Both the position numbers and the translations under genes were made by a program. 64,000 bases of DNA from Hydrolagus colliei (taxonomy: Eukaryota): assembly GCA_035084275.1 (NCBI GenBank), contig CM068748.1, positions 14,322,001 through 14,386,000 on the forward strand, read 5' to 3'. Of the stretch, positions 11,001 through 24,703 are shown one piece after another. Within the stretch, counting starts at the first letter, position 1. Each line of letters opens with the position of its first letter. The notes below the pieces were generated by a model. The model saw only the letters and a list, made by a program, of their open reading frames with translations, was not told the origin of the DNA and did no database searches.

Positions 11001-14000
11001 CACTCGACAACTACCCACACAGCTGTCAGAGAAGAGATCCTTCATCCTATTACCTTGAGTTGGATTTGTTATGGGGCACCAAAGGTAAAAGGGGAATACT
11101 CTTTAACTCAGTGGAAAACTTATAGTGAAAATCCATCAAGAACAGCCATTGGGCATGTATTTTTGTTTACACACTGCCTGTTCTCTGTCATGAAACTGGT
11201 TGAGATACAGAGTTCTGTCACACCTTGCTAGTAGAGAAGTGCTCAACTTAGTCAGCAATGCTATGATATCAAGACCCACTTGTACTTACATGATCTGAAT
11301 GAAATGGGTCTCACTCACATGCTCCCATAATGCAACACACTTGCGTGGTAATAACACTTGTATTCAACCAACGTCATGGAGAGAGAAAATGATCCATTCC
11401 TGTGCTGCAAGCCACCGTAAGAAGGTGATAGGCAACTTGCTCAAAGGTTTTAGGGAGACGCTGATCCATAATGGGTCACTAGCAAGTGTGCAATAGGGAC
11501 CTGGAATGGTGTTGGGCTGGTGTGGAGGGGAACCACAAGTTCACATCCTAAAGTTCCATGGTGTACCACGCGGCCTAGCAACACTACTGGTAGTTACGAG
11601 ATTACTAACAGGTGTGAAGGATAAAACTTTATGTATTTGTAGCATAGCAGATTTTAGAAAATGTAACGTAACCAGACCGTGTCTCTCATTCGATACTGTA
11701 CAATTTCCAGTCATTTACACGTGCTTTGAATTGAATTAAAACTCAATCTGGTCACAGTTAAATTTGCAAAAGAAATTAGCTTGGAAAAGGTCAATTCAAA
11801 TCTCAAGCATTAATTCCATGAATATTTGGATTACAATGCTATCTTCCAACTCTGCATGCAATCAAGTCTCTACAGACATGTACTACTTTACTAGTTAGCA
11901 CACAACACGCTAGAGTGCAGCTAAGTGGTTTGCTGCCAACTTACTGAGTGGAATCTCATGGGGTTGGTCAGTATGAACCTGCTCAGCAGTTGACTGATTC
12001 TTCATTACACTTTTACTGCCAGCATCATGGGTTGATACTGGCATTCATTGATGGCAGCATTGAGAAGAACAAACAGGGTCGTTACAAGATAGGAAACATA
12101 ATTAATTCTATTATTACTGAATATAGATGAATTCAAAAAGAATGGCATTGTGACAACTTCAATAACCTCTATTTTCCGCCGCCAGATGTACGGACATAGT
12201 AAAACAGAGATAATAATAAGCTGAATGGTTTCACATTTTCTAAATTTCAACTGACAATCCATAAATCTAAGTGCATAACACATGGAATCAACATCATTAG
12301 ATAGAATATAAATAAATCACATAAACAGTGAATAATGTTGTTAAATGGAAATGGTCTACTAAATATATTGTGTTGTGCAAGGGATCTTTAGTCACTATAC
12401 CCTAGCCTCCAGAACTTCCTGCCTCAATCGCTCTACCTTGTTCCCTCTTTATCTACCTTTAATTCCCCCTTTAAGAATTGCTTCTTTACGCATGCTTATG
12501 GTCACCTCTCCCTTGCATACTGTCCAACCCTGCCATTGTGCAGCACTTCGCGATGCTATCCTGCATGAAGGGTACTATATATACATGCTGTTGATGTTAT
12601 TTGGGATTGAAGGGTAGAACCAGTGTTCTAGTAATGAACAATCCTAAAATACAGTGTAAGGCAATATCACAGCGAGGCTCCCTCTGCATATTCATGCCAC
12701 CACAGCTTCAATATCACAGTCAGCAGACTCACTTAATAAGTTCACCAGACATGCCTGCTCTCTGCTTAATGTGGTACACAGCAAGATGGTTTCACAGTTT
12801 ATATTCGCCAACTTCCGATCAATGCTGTTATGTTGAATAAGATATTTTTGTCTCCTCCCCCTATGTAATTTATTTCTGAACTTGATAAATCTTTAGACAG
12901 TCACACTCACTGTCCGTTACTGAGTATCACCAACTGAATTATCTTTGTTCTAGGAACACACATAGTTAATTTTCTTGCTTCCTTTGTGCCAAGATCACTT
13001 CTTAACTAGTTTGGCAATCTGTTCATCTGCTAATGGCAACTCTAGAGTTACAGTGGGGGGGGGGGGGGGGGGAGGAAATTGCAGCCATCTGGAGTTCCCT
13101 GAATTACTTCAAGCTGCTTTCTTACTGATGCATCACTGCCTGATCACATTACCAAATGTGCCACAGAGTGCTAAAAGCAATTTAACATTACCTGCTGAAT
13201 TAATATTCTCTCTAGGCAAATAACTAAATGTGGGCATAATCATTTTATTTCAATCACAAGAGAGATGAGGAAGACCCTTCAGCTATTCATCCTCCCAGAA
13301 TACCCAGCCTACTATCCTGACACAAGTTTTTTTCATACAAGTCCAACATCCTGACCTGAACCACAGTTCCTGGTAACATACTAGGTTCAAATAGGTTCTA
13401 TTGCAAAAAAAAGTAATGTTGCCCATGAATCCTATTTTAATTCAGCACCTATTGGTCCCCACTATTTTCCACAAGGTTATTTCAATATTGCATGAAGGAC
13501 ACCATCCACACATTAATTTTCAAACTACACTGTTGATATCAAATTATGCTGCTGAGATTTAGCAAACTCTCATCAACACAGTAGTGTTGGTTCAAAATTG
13601 CACAATTGAATCTTCTGCAAAGTTGTAACAAGTGCAGTAGTTCTCTTGAGTAATTTACTGAACATTTGAAGCCTTACAATAACATCGTGAGTAGGGACCT
13701 CTATTGTTCCAGGTTTCATAAGTAGGCTACAATTCTGTTTATTGTCAGTCATTGTGAGATTGTAGTATTTGGACTTGTTCATTATTGCCATCAAATATCT
13801 AGGATTTATCTGCTTTGCCTTATCATGAATCTTCAAGATTGTTCCCAAGGACACTTAAGTGGGTTTGAGCAGAAATGGAAGAATTGATTTTTGACTATCT
13901 GCAAGTGTTGCTTCATTGTCCATTGCTCCCAGAGATACTTTGATGTAGTGATATCTAGAGAGGGAAACATGCTTGTGGCTGTTGCTTTTGGAGCTTTACC

Positions 14001-14311
14001 CAGGGAGTAAAGCCTTCATTGCGTAGCACCAACTAACCACTAATTAAGTAATTATCAAGTTTTTCCTTTGCCACCTTTTTTTTAGCCTTGGCCGTTCACC
14101 AAGATTTCTCCTCTGAAAAAAAAACTGAATTGCTTCAAGTGACTCTTTGGATAGCTGAACCCTCTCATTTTCATTGTGACAAAAAGTCAAAAGTCCAAAT
14201 AGTCCTTATTTTAAACAAAACAGTTTTACTGCTCCTGGTTGTAAGTATTGTCTATAAGCTTGGCCATTGTGGGCAACCAATTGAAGACAAGTCAGTGTTA
14301 GCACTCCCTAC

Positions 14312-14360
14312 CTTTCACTTCTTCGTCTTCAGTTGTTGTATTGCAGCTATCAGTTGATTC
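14312..14360 (-). CDS. CAMK2G: Linker exon (49 nt): ESTDSCNTTTEDEEVK
   Basis: ctcttccttag|GAA TCA ... AAA G|gtaggg; canonical 49 nt; phase 0-1. Confidence 0.95.
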
Positions 14361-17300
14361 CTAAGGAAGAGAAACAATGTCTTAGCCACAGCACATCACA
14401 GGTTTATTCAGTCCATCAAATGGTATAGCATTTCATACAGAACTTGAGAGAAATTTTGCTTCTTTTCTAATCTCACACAGTTGAAAAATTCTAATTTCCA
14501 CATTAGAAATAATGTTTTAATAGGCTTTCAAAGTTTTGATGTAAAATGGAAGCAAATTAAAAGTACTTTTAGGTGTGTAGGTTTTCACTTCTGCAATTGC
14601 CCCATATTTGGACAAACTGTTAAATCATCCAGTGATGCAGTGTATGTTGTGAGATTTCAGCAAAGACTGACAACATTACGGTGATCGTTTCATAGCTCAG
14701 TGTATAGAATACATGAGTTTTTACCTTTCAACGAGGCAGCAGAATCATGTGATGTTTTTCAAGGCAGGAAATTAAATGGTATAATCCTTATGTTTACTAC
14801 AAGTATTGTCAATGTTACCATCAATACAATAACTATCTACTCAGGGAAAAGGATGACTGGTTTTCACTCTAAATCTTATGTTACTGACATAATTGCACAA
14901 TTGCACAGCTCTCACATGTTTTAGAAATTAGGGATTTAATTTTTTTTATTTATATAAAGTTATTATGCATTTTGTTCTTATTGATGAACAGTCCAATAAA
15001 GATTGGAATTACTGGATCTTCTTCCTGAAAGTCATCCAATTCTAATTGAAAGTGTGAGGAGACAATCTGCTCCTGGGCTTCTGCAAATGACATGTGTGTG
15101 TGGAGGGGTGCGGGGAGGGTGGTGGGGGCAGTGTCCTGGGGTAAGGATAAGAAGGTCAAGTGTGAAATGTGCGATCATTCCTATCTCCCTGTCAATGAAC
15201 ACCTTTTCTGTGAGGCATAATGGACTGATGTTCCCAATATTATTGGGTCAGTGGAATTTGCATAATTTAGTTTGCTACATCTGATCTTGTATAAATTTAG
15301 CAAAAATTGTTCCCCCTCAAATAACAAAATGTCTGTATGCCAATGGAGGTAAATGGCATTCATCTGGTAGATTCTGATAACAACTCAAAGCGCTTCACAG
15401 AATATACTGTAAAGTGAATCGACTGTATATTTGTGGATGAAATTTGAGTTCTTATTTCAGCTTTTACTGTCTAAAGTGGAAAGTAGAATAGAAAGCATCA
15501 CACTGTTATTATACCTTTGGGCTTAAATACAAAGGATGATTTGAGATTCCCTTGTAAATCCACTCATGTCTGGCAGTGAATCACAGAGGCCGCAGATAAT
15601 CAATGTTGCAAAGCAGGTTTCTATCCAAAATGAATACGACTGAATGCAGCTCAAAGTATAATAAAGCAAATATTACACGTTTTCAGGTTCCAATGTGTAA
15701 ACTAGTGCCATTTGGGGCTATCACTGCACAATAATGCACTTGGCCATAGGACAGAAACTGACTGATCTTCACAGGTGAAGAACCCTTGGGGTAATTGTTT
15801 ATCGATTAGTTTGCAAGACAGGCAATATTTGTGCAATTGAACACACTGAAGTTGAGTTTTAATCAAAAGAAGAAAACGATTGTCATTGTTTAAATAGAAG
15901 TATGAAAGAATATAAAACTATGATACCTTACTATTCTAGGGAGAAAGCAAATATTTTGTTATCGTACAAAGAACCACATTTAATCTGTTAAATTATTGAG
16001 ATTTATACCCACACATTTTGACTGGAGAATTCAGGAGCTCAGACCCAGCCCTTGTTCAGATGGGTAAAGCTCATTAACTTAGGTTTCTGGTGATCACAAC
16101 TTTAACTCCAAGGAACTAAAGCCAATGAGGAACCCTGAAGTTTGGGTACAATTTAGCTTTGCACACTGTATCCGATACTGCACTTTGGACATCAGCGACT
16201 GTGCATGTCTAGTATTAAATATTCCTAAACCATAGCAGGTACAGTATAAATATCAGATAAACTGAAGCATTTGGCAGCAATTCTTTTTTCCTTTGTCTAC
16301 GTGGAATATATTTAACTAAAATTAAAACTGTGGTACTGTGCACGAGAAGAGATTTCAAGTCAATTTAACAGACCAGAAGTTTTTGTAGGCAAACACAGTG
16401 GTTAAACTATAAGTCCCGGTGAATATTTTAAAGGATAAGACTCCATTCCAATTACAACTTGGCCTACCTTGTACACATGCATTAAGAAAACAATTGTTTT
16501 GTTGGACACTGTTTCAAATGTTTAAGAAAAAAACAAGTGTCATGAACAGAATGCACACTTTCTAGATTTTCACAATACAGTATTTGTCTAAGAACCAACC
16601 ACATGCAATTTTTATCATTAAATGGAGTACAAGTTACTAAATAAGCCCTACTCAGTTATATTTTATTCATAACTATTCATAAAAAAGAATTGTTGATTGT
16701 TAAATAATATCTTCTATATGTACACCTATATTCATATCTTCTGATGGAATGCCAGGATACAATTCATCTTTTTGCAATGACATTTTCTTATCTGTTGGTA
16801 AAGGTCAAGGTTCTATCATCTTGACTAATAGGTTTGGTCCAAGCAAATCTGTGACTTATACAATGCAACCAGAATCTTGCAATTTAGCAGAGAACTTTTC
16901 TTTTAATCATGAACTCATGTTGAGCGACAGCACTAGATGAAGCTACTTGGTACGAGCTGGACAAGCATCAGGATGCTAACCAGTGTTCTGCAATGGTAAG
17001 CTGTGTGATGTGGACTGTTCAGCAGTACCCCAGTGAACACTCTGTTCAAGCCTTGCCCGTTTGCCAACATGTATTTAAATTAGTCAAGAGATTAGTGAGA
17101 TTAATCAAGCATTAGACATCTTCTTCTCATAGCCGTGTCCCTCTGTGCACTCCACATCAGATAATCGAACAGCATACATATGTGCACAGAGGTTGGGGTT
17201 TGAGACTTAAATCCATGATGGCGTTCTGGGTAAGTCAGATATCTGGCTGGCTAAAAAAAACTATTTTGCAATGGTATAAATCCATTAAACGTAAAACCTG

Positions 17301-20300
17301 TGGGATACATAAACTCTTCACAATTACTGTATAGCACTCCTTGCCATCCCCCACTTCACAGCGTTGTGTATGTTTCTCAAATTCATATAAAACATTTCAT
17401 GTCAGTGATCTAAGACAAAAAGCGAGTTTGCTCCTTATTCAACTGGTAGCACAAATACAATGGGAGCATGGTTTACGTTCATTGGAAGTAGATTTGCTGA
17501 AAAAATGCATTCACTTATCATGTTTACTTAAAACTCTCTATTGTGTTGCTGATGATATTGCTGACATCAACTGCATTTAATTTATATAATGAATGCCTAT
17601 TCATACCAACAAACCCAAATGTGTCATTTATGATCAGCACAGAGTGTTTCAGTGAGTGAAACACCAGCATCAAACCACGCGGCAAAGCTCAGAAAAAGAT
17701 GTGCACCGACCATGACATGCAAAATCTGAGATTAGGCACCATCAAATGTAAAAAATGTACATGAAAGGATTTATACAAGGGCTGCCAGAAGGTTGCAGCT
17801 TATGGGGAAATACTGTTGAAGATTGTAAATTAATATTTCAAATAGTGTGAAGCATTCTAATGTTAATGAATATTTGCAATCTTCATTTTGATTCACTTTT
17901 TATTTATCTCTCTCTCAGAGTCTATCCCGGTTGAGATAGGAGTGTATATTCAACACCTGTGTTCTCACTGTACTTTCGTTGTGCAATTGGCTGTGTGCTG
18001 TATTACAATTGTTGACTTTGGGCTGACACACTGTTTTGGCTGATGTACTTACAATGTAGCGTGTGAAAATTCAGGGGGTGTTAACCAATTTATGCTGCTC
18101 CATATGGAAAGTTACTAATGATCTGAGAATCCTCCCACCCCAATTGTCTACTTATCCTTCATTTAGATTTTGAGGCTTTCGACTTGTACACCAAATTGAA
18201 GCATTTATTTCAATAATGCTACTGAAAGTTAGGGAGATGACTGTGCTAAAGTCATTGTAGTCATTATTGTACTTAAAATTGTCCTATATTCTGGGTTACA
18301 TACAGTTCAGACTGGAATGATGTACCTGTTTGATGCTGAAAATAATCTGAATTTTGAACTGGAAAATGATTGTTATTATTGAGGAAACATTGCTTGAATT
18401 TGACAAACATTGAAACAAATTGGTGCCGATAACTGTTCACATCTGTTCACTGGTGCATGGAAATTTGAGAATTGTATTTCGCATCGTAACAGTCTTTCCA
18501 GGAGTGGAAGACACTTGCCAAAGGACAGATTTGATAGTTTAATCCCATCCTGTAAAAGCTCCCAGTTTCTGTAGTTACCTTGGTCACCATGCTTTTACAG
18601 AGCAGTTACTTTCAAGAAAAACTCATAGAAAATATCTCTTTGTTACTTAATATTCATGAAATATACATATAAAGAGTGTTTTTGTCATATGCTTCATGTG
18701 TAATGAACATTTGCATTTTATCTAGAGTTTATCATTTATGCAATCGCTGATGGTCAATGCTTTATTATTAATGCAATAAATGAGCAATGGTTAATAAATA
18801 TTTATGGTGGAAGAAAACATAGTTGTGTTAATCTTTGCAGCAAACCTGAATGCTTTTTTTGAAATGGCACGAAATGGCAACAGATTATTTCCTAAAGCAG
18901 TTCTAAAACCATTGGAAGATCTTTGTTTCTCAACCTATTTCAACCCTTCTGTAAAACTTCCAAACATGACACTTCTTAACACAAAGGGTTAGTTCTACAT
19001 AACTTACAAAGCATTGAAAAACATCGAAAGTTTCTATACATTTACTTCAGCATGTGTTTGTATCCAATTTGTTAATTTAATCCTTTGAGAACTTCATTAG
19101 CACTATTATTTAGAATAAAACAAGATTTTATTTTGTTCATAGAAGCCAGGTAATTAACTACTCGATTAAACATTCATTTATGCCTTTAGTTTAGTGCTCT
19201 GCTTATGCGAAAGAGAGCAGTGAATTATTAATTCAGAAGGTCTAGTATCAGATTTGCTGTGTAGGCTGGACAAATGTCTTGAAGTACACCAAATGCACAT
19301 GCAGCGTTTAGCTGAGTTTCACAACACATTTTGTCAAGGTGCAAATGCCTAATGTAATTCAAAGGCATTTTATTTTGGCAAATTAGCACATTCATATAAG
19401 AAAACATCAAAACCAGCAGTGTGTTTCGTTCAAGCAGTCTCTATGACTAATGTGCTGAAATGCAAGCTGTTACCCTCAGTTACACACCTTTGTGAATATT
19501 GCTTTACCCAATGCACACATCACTGATACATCAGTAGGATGTTCTTTCAACATATCTCCAGAATAAACAACCCATTCTTATAACATGGATGTCCTATGGA
19601 TCCAGGTGTGACATACTTTTATGACGATCAGCGGAAACTTGTCGGACAAGCCAACTGCGACCACTCTTGTCAGTATTTCTAACTAGGTGAGGTATTTTGC
19701 TGTCATACGAGTTTGGTGGTAAACTAATGACTGTGGTTTGATTGTGATGTGATGGGTCTGTTTTAATCAAACTAATGATCTGAATTTAATCTGGTTTTGG
19801 TCACGTGTGGGTAAGAGCATCTCCCCTTCATTGTTCACAACAGTACCATCACCAGGTGAGAGGCTGCGAATCCACAGGCTTCTTTGCTAGTAGAGATGGC
19901 CTTATTGGCAGAAAGGCAAAGCTAGGAATAACTGGATCAAAAAAAATTACCTCTTTCCTATCAATAGCTCCATGGCTTCCAGACTTTCTGTATTCGGTCA
20001 CCAAGATAGGTTTGATTGGATTTACTTAATTGTTTTGAATTGTTCTTTGACTTTTAATGATACTTTCAAACTGTATTTCAACGCCCATTAGATCACGCAG
20101 CTTCTGAAATCGGGAATATGTGGCTGTTGTGAAAATGGCACTGCAATACATATCTGTTATGGCAGATTTAACGGATGAGTCACCAACTCATGAAAGGCAC
20201 AGGAATGGAACCAAGCAGATACTTCCCTAATAGGGAATCTTCTGGAGCCCTTTAGTGGAAAATCTAAAGAATTTCCAAATAAAAAGCCTGGGCTGCACTA

Positions 20301-21261
20301 TGAGCGACAACTAGTTGTCAGTACAGTCACTTGAGCATTGTTTTATAGTGTAGCCAGAGGCTTAAAATGATGAAGATATTAATAATACTGAAGTAATAGT
20401 AAAACCCTGATATTCATAAACTGCTCTCCACCTACACCACCTGCAGCTGTGGAATGGGAGAGTTGTTAAACTGATTCATGTCTGGAAGAGGTTCGGGGAT
20501 GCTTTATTATCCTGTTAATTTGAATTTAGCTGTAATTAATTAACAACAAAATTATATTTATATTGCGCCTTTCACGTCAGGAGGACGTCCCGAGGTGCTG
20601 AATTAAGGCATTTGAGGTTACAAAAATGTGCAACACTCAATGTGTTCCCCTTTATGATCTGAAATTGGAATACATGTTGCAGAAATTAATAGGAACGTAT
20701 TAGAATTCTATATCACACAAGTTGGTTTGAGGGCAAATTTTGCATGTTTTAATTTACTTTGCTTATTCAGGTGTTTTAGGAATGAGATGTCCACAAAAAA
20801 AAACAAAGCATGTTACTGCTTCTAACGGTGATTTTATGGGATCATAAATATTTAAAAGTTTCAACGCATTAAAGCATCGTGGGTTCAACTGTGATAATAA
20901 TTCAGTGCTTACTTAATTCCCACGGCTCCTTACTATTATTGGCATAAAGCAGCAAGTTTTCTGTGTTCAAATGCAATGATGCAGCACGATTTAGTCTGTA
21001 CTTGTCTCTAAATCTAAATTAAATTGCCACTTCCCGGACACTCGAATGATAAGCAAGCCCTTCTGGATATTGGTATGAGACCATTGGCTTAAACATTCGC
21101 AGTTTTATTCATGAAAGTTTCATTTGCATAGAACAAATTCCACTTTCAACAGCTGTGAGTATTCACTGAGTGATAAATTATACAATGAAGCCACATTATA
21201 ACAACTAGATACAGAAGATACATGCTTGAGTCAAGCTTGTAGAAAATGATTATGTCTCCAG

Positions 21262-22545
21262 TAGGGAACGGCGATATGGGAATTTTCCGGATATGGATAT
21301 ATCGGTTGGCTCATATCGAGATATACCGAAATATCGATATTTTTAGTTTTTTCGTACTGCGCATGCGCGCGCTCATCGGTGTGCGCGCGCATTCCTGGTG
21401 CGCGCGCATTCGGGGCCTATCTTCTCAGGAGGTAAATATCATTCTCTCTCTGTGTCTCTCACTCTCTCCATCTCTGTGTTTTTCTGTCTGTGTGTCTCTC
21501 TCCCTCTCTTCTCTCTCACATCCCCCCCCCATCTCTATCTATCTGTATATTATCACATCCACCCCGTCTCTCCCCCCCCCCCGCCGTCCCTCTCTCGCAC
21601 CCCCCACCCCCGTCGTCTCTCCCCCACCACCCCCCCAGCCTTCTCTTTGTCCCTCCCCCCCAAGCCGTCTCTCTCCCCCTCCCCCCAGCCGTCTCTCTCC
21701 CCCTCTCCTCCCCCCCCCCCCGCCGTCTCTCTCCCCCTCTCCTCCCCCCCCCCCCCGCCGTCTCTCTCCCCCTCTCCTCCCCCCCCCCCACCGTCTCTCT
21801 CTCCCTCCCCCCCCAGCTGTCTCTCTCCCCCTCCCCCCAGCCGTCTCTCTCCCCCTCTCCTCCTCCCCCCGCCGTCTCTCTCTCCCTCCCCCCCCAGCCG
21901 TCTCTCTCCCCCTCCCCCCAGCCGTCTCTCTCCCCCTCCCCCCAGCCGTCTCTCTCCCCCTCTCCTCCCCCCCCCAGCCGTCTCTCTCCCCCTCTCCCCC
22001 CCCCAGCCGTCTCTCTCCCCCTCTCCCCCCCAGCCATCTCTCTCCCCCTCTTCCCCCCAGCCATCTCTCTCCCCCTCTCCCCCCAGCCATCTCTCTCCCC
22101 CTCTCCCCCCCCCCCAGCCGTCTCTCCCCCCCCCCAGCCGTCTCTCTCCCCCTCTCACCCCCCAGCCGTCTCTCTCCCCCTCTCCCACCCCCAGCCGTCC
22201 CTCTCCCCCCCCCAGCCGTCTCTCTCCCCTCTCCCCCCCCCCCCAGCCGTCTCACTCCCCCTCACCCCCCCCCCACCAAAGCCGTCTCTCTCCCCCCACC
22301 CCTTGCATACCTGTATATTGTATTCGAGGACTATGAATACAAGATGGCGGCTTTGCACCTCGGTCTGTGCATTGTGTATAGAGATGAGCATTCTGGGTCT
22401 TGCAGTTGATTGTGCTCGCATCCCGATTTTTTACCTCGATATAGCGGTTTTCGATATATCGGTATTTTTGAAATGTCTATATCGGCATATCGATATGAAA
22501 ATCATATCGGGTTTTAGCGATATACCGATATATCGCCGTTCCCTA
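21262..22545. mobile_element. Non-autonomous hAT-superfamily DNA transposon, 1284 bp
   Basis: Perfect 16-bp TIR TAGGGAACGGCGATAT (21262-21277 / 22530-22545); 8-bp TSD GTCTCCAG (21254-21261 and 22546-22553); many subterminal CGATAT/ATATCG motifs; no transposase. Confidence 0.93.
21560..22300. repeat. C-rich minisatellite inside the hAT element; unit about CAGCCGTCTCTCTCCCCCTCTCCCCCCC with variable C runs
   Basis: Directly visible tandem array with more than 20 copies of (A)GCC(G/A)TCTCTCTCCCCCT; boundaries approximate. Confidence 0.95.
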
Positions 22546-23519
22546 GTCTCCAGCATCTTCTCTGTTTCAGGCTATGAGCTTAAACAGAAACAGGTGTTCT
22601 TCATGTAAGGTCTTTTAATGGCTCAGTTATAGCAGAGTCCCCTGTACTTTGCTCAGTGTAGTGTGCACCCAGCACCCACACTTACTCAGGAATACACAGT
22701 GTTCGGTCCAATGTGCTAAAATACTGTGAGAAAGTTAAGTAATTCACACAGTTAAAATATCAATGAAAGACCTCAGGGTAGTCAAGAGCTCAACAGTTAC
22801 ATCTCCAGCTTCCCCCAAATGGATAATTTGATGTTTTAGTAACACAGCTGCCGATTGCCTTCATTGGGGAGTTTTACCAGATTTCAGTTAGACAGCTCGG
22901 TACTGCCCTCTCAAGAAAACTGCAGTTTACAGTCAGCAGGGAAATAAGAACAGGAATTCTACCATTCAAGACATGCCACTTTTAAACCGCACAGGCTTTC
23001 CATTCACGTTAACACTTGAGCAGACTTTATACTGACATGAGCAATGCAGCTTTATCGAGCAGTATCTATTTTTGTTGCCAAATACTGCAGCAGTTTGTGC
23101 CTGAAAGGCTCTACAAACAGCTTCCAGACAAATTGATCTGGAGACCTGGCCAGCATTCCACGTTCTCGCTTTGAACGGCATTATTTTCTTCCTTCACATC
23201 CTCCTGAAAAGATTTAATGTGTCGCCTGAAACACGGCATCTCCAAAAAACAAAGCTTTCCCACAGTCTCTACCTCAGAGATGAGCTAGACTGACACTCGA
23301 TTATTTCCTCAAAATAGTTTTAAATACAATTTTTTTTTGCTAAGAGCGGGTTGTTCTACCAGCACAAGAATGTACCAATTCTATACCTGCTCAGTAAAAT
23401 GTGTGCCTGACAACTTGATGAAGACTAAACATAAAAGATGAATTATTCACAGCTATTTAAAACGTACAAAGAAAGGCGTGTTTTGTTACTGGTTTGACAA
23501 ATGGACATGAAACGGGTAC

Positions 23520-23564
23520 CTTAATGCCATCTGAGGGATTATGGACTACAGTTGTTTGTGGCTC
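23520..23564 (-). CDS. CAMK2G: Variable linker cassette exon (45 nt): EPQTTVVHNPSDGIK
   Basis: cttattcag|GAG CCA ... ATT AAG|gtaccc; canonical 45 nt. Confidence 0.95.
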
Positions 23565-24631
23565 CTGAATAAGCAAGACAGGAAAGAAGTTAGTATTATT
23601 TGGTAAACCTTTATGCACAAATCTTTACTTTATCATTTTTTAAAAAGTACCTCAGTACAAATAGTTTGTCTAAGTCAAAAAATGTCAACCTGAATGTTAT
23701 GCCAAAATACTGACACTAAAACAAAGTTGAATTCCAATGGTTCAAATCTCTCCTGCTATTAGTATAAAAAGAAACCTTTTGACCTGAAATGTTAAACATC
23801 CAATGGCTGAATAACTAGTCTGAGGACCTCACAGCAAATATTTACATTCCAAAGTACTGACTAATATCCCCAACGGACTCCGAGGTTCACAAATCTGCTT
23901 TAACCTCTTATGAGCTTTATTGGCTGTACTAAGTAAGTTCATTGTAGCGCCAAAGTAAAACACAGACTCTGTAAGAATGTACCTATATTATTCATATTGG
24001 GCTTAGTTATCACCAATCAACCATCCCATAGTTTGCCATATTGTGTGGGCAAAGTCGAGAGTGATTTAAGCCACAAAAGAATATGTAACAGCAAATTCCA
24101 TAGACTTGTTTCCTAGTTTGCTTTACTTGTGCTGGACTAGTTGCTTGCAAATATGTACAGGACAATGGCATTCTAAACTTAAATAGTCCTGTTGCTTTAC
24201 TTCCAAAGCAAAATGTATCTTTTATTGGAGCAGTTCCTGTGAACACGTCTTATTTTCTCTCCAAACATTGTGCACTTTTCGAACCTCACATTTCCTTATT
24301 TAGCATCAATCAACCTTCAGTTAAAAATTTACACACAGTATTTGCTACATCCAATGCTTATCCCCTTTAAGTGCACAAAAAACTAATGTTTCCAAACAGG
24401 TTAACTCTTCCAACAATTATCAAAAACTGAGAAAATTAGCACAAATATTCCTTAATGTTTTGGGTTTAAAAGAGAATTTGGCAAACATTTAGCATAATCC
24501 AGAGGAAGGAGGAGAAGGGGAAGGAATAATTGAGGAATTGACTGTCCCCCCACCCAAAAATAAATAAAAAGAAAGGTGACTTCACTAAAACAAAGTTACA
24601 ACATGAAGGAAACAAAGAATTCAGCAGGTAC

Positions 24632-24703
24632 CATTGTGGCTGGTGAAGAAATGTTTTCTTTTGGACTGCTTACTACGTTGTTTTTGCTGTTGTTTGTCTG
24701 TGG
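24632..24703 (-). CDS. CAMK2G: Variable linker cassette exon (72 nt): PQTNNSKNNVVSSPKENISSPATM
   Basis: ttttctgcacag|CCA CAG ... ACA ATG|gtacct; phase 0-0; positional and sequence homologue of the gamma PQSNNK.../beta PQTNST... exon. Confidence 0.9.

Noticed and set aside
13054-13072. Poly-G runs (also about 25788-25807)
   Set aside because: Simple homopolymers with no further structure.
21560-22300. CRISPR-like repeat-spacer array
   Set aside because: The apparent spacers are only variable C runs; vertebrate intron; no cas genes.
21246-22608. Six overlapping long ORFs (182-387 aa; Pro/Ser/Leu-rich or Gly/Arg/Glu-rich)
   Set aside because: Open in all six frames because the C-rich minisatellite lacks stop codons; no transposase or other domain.
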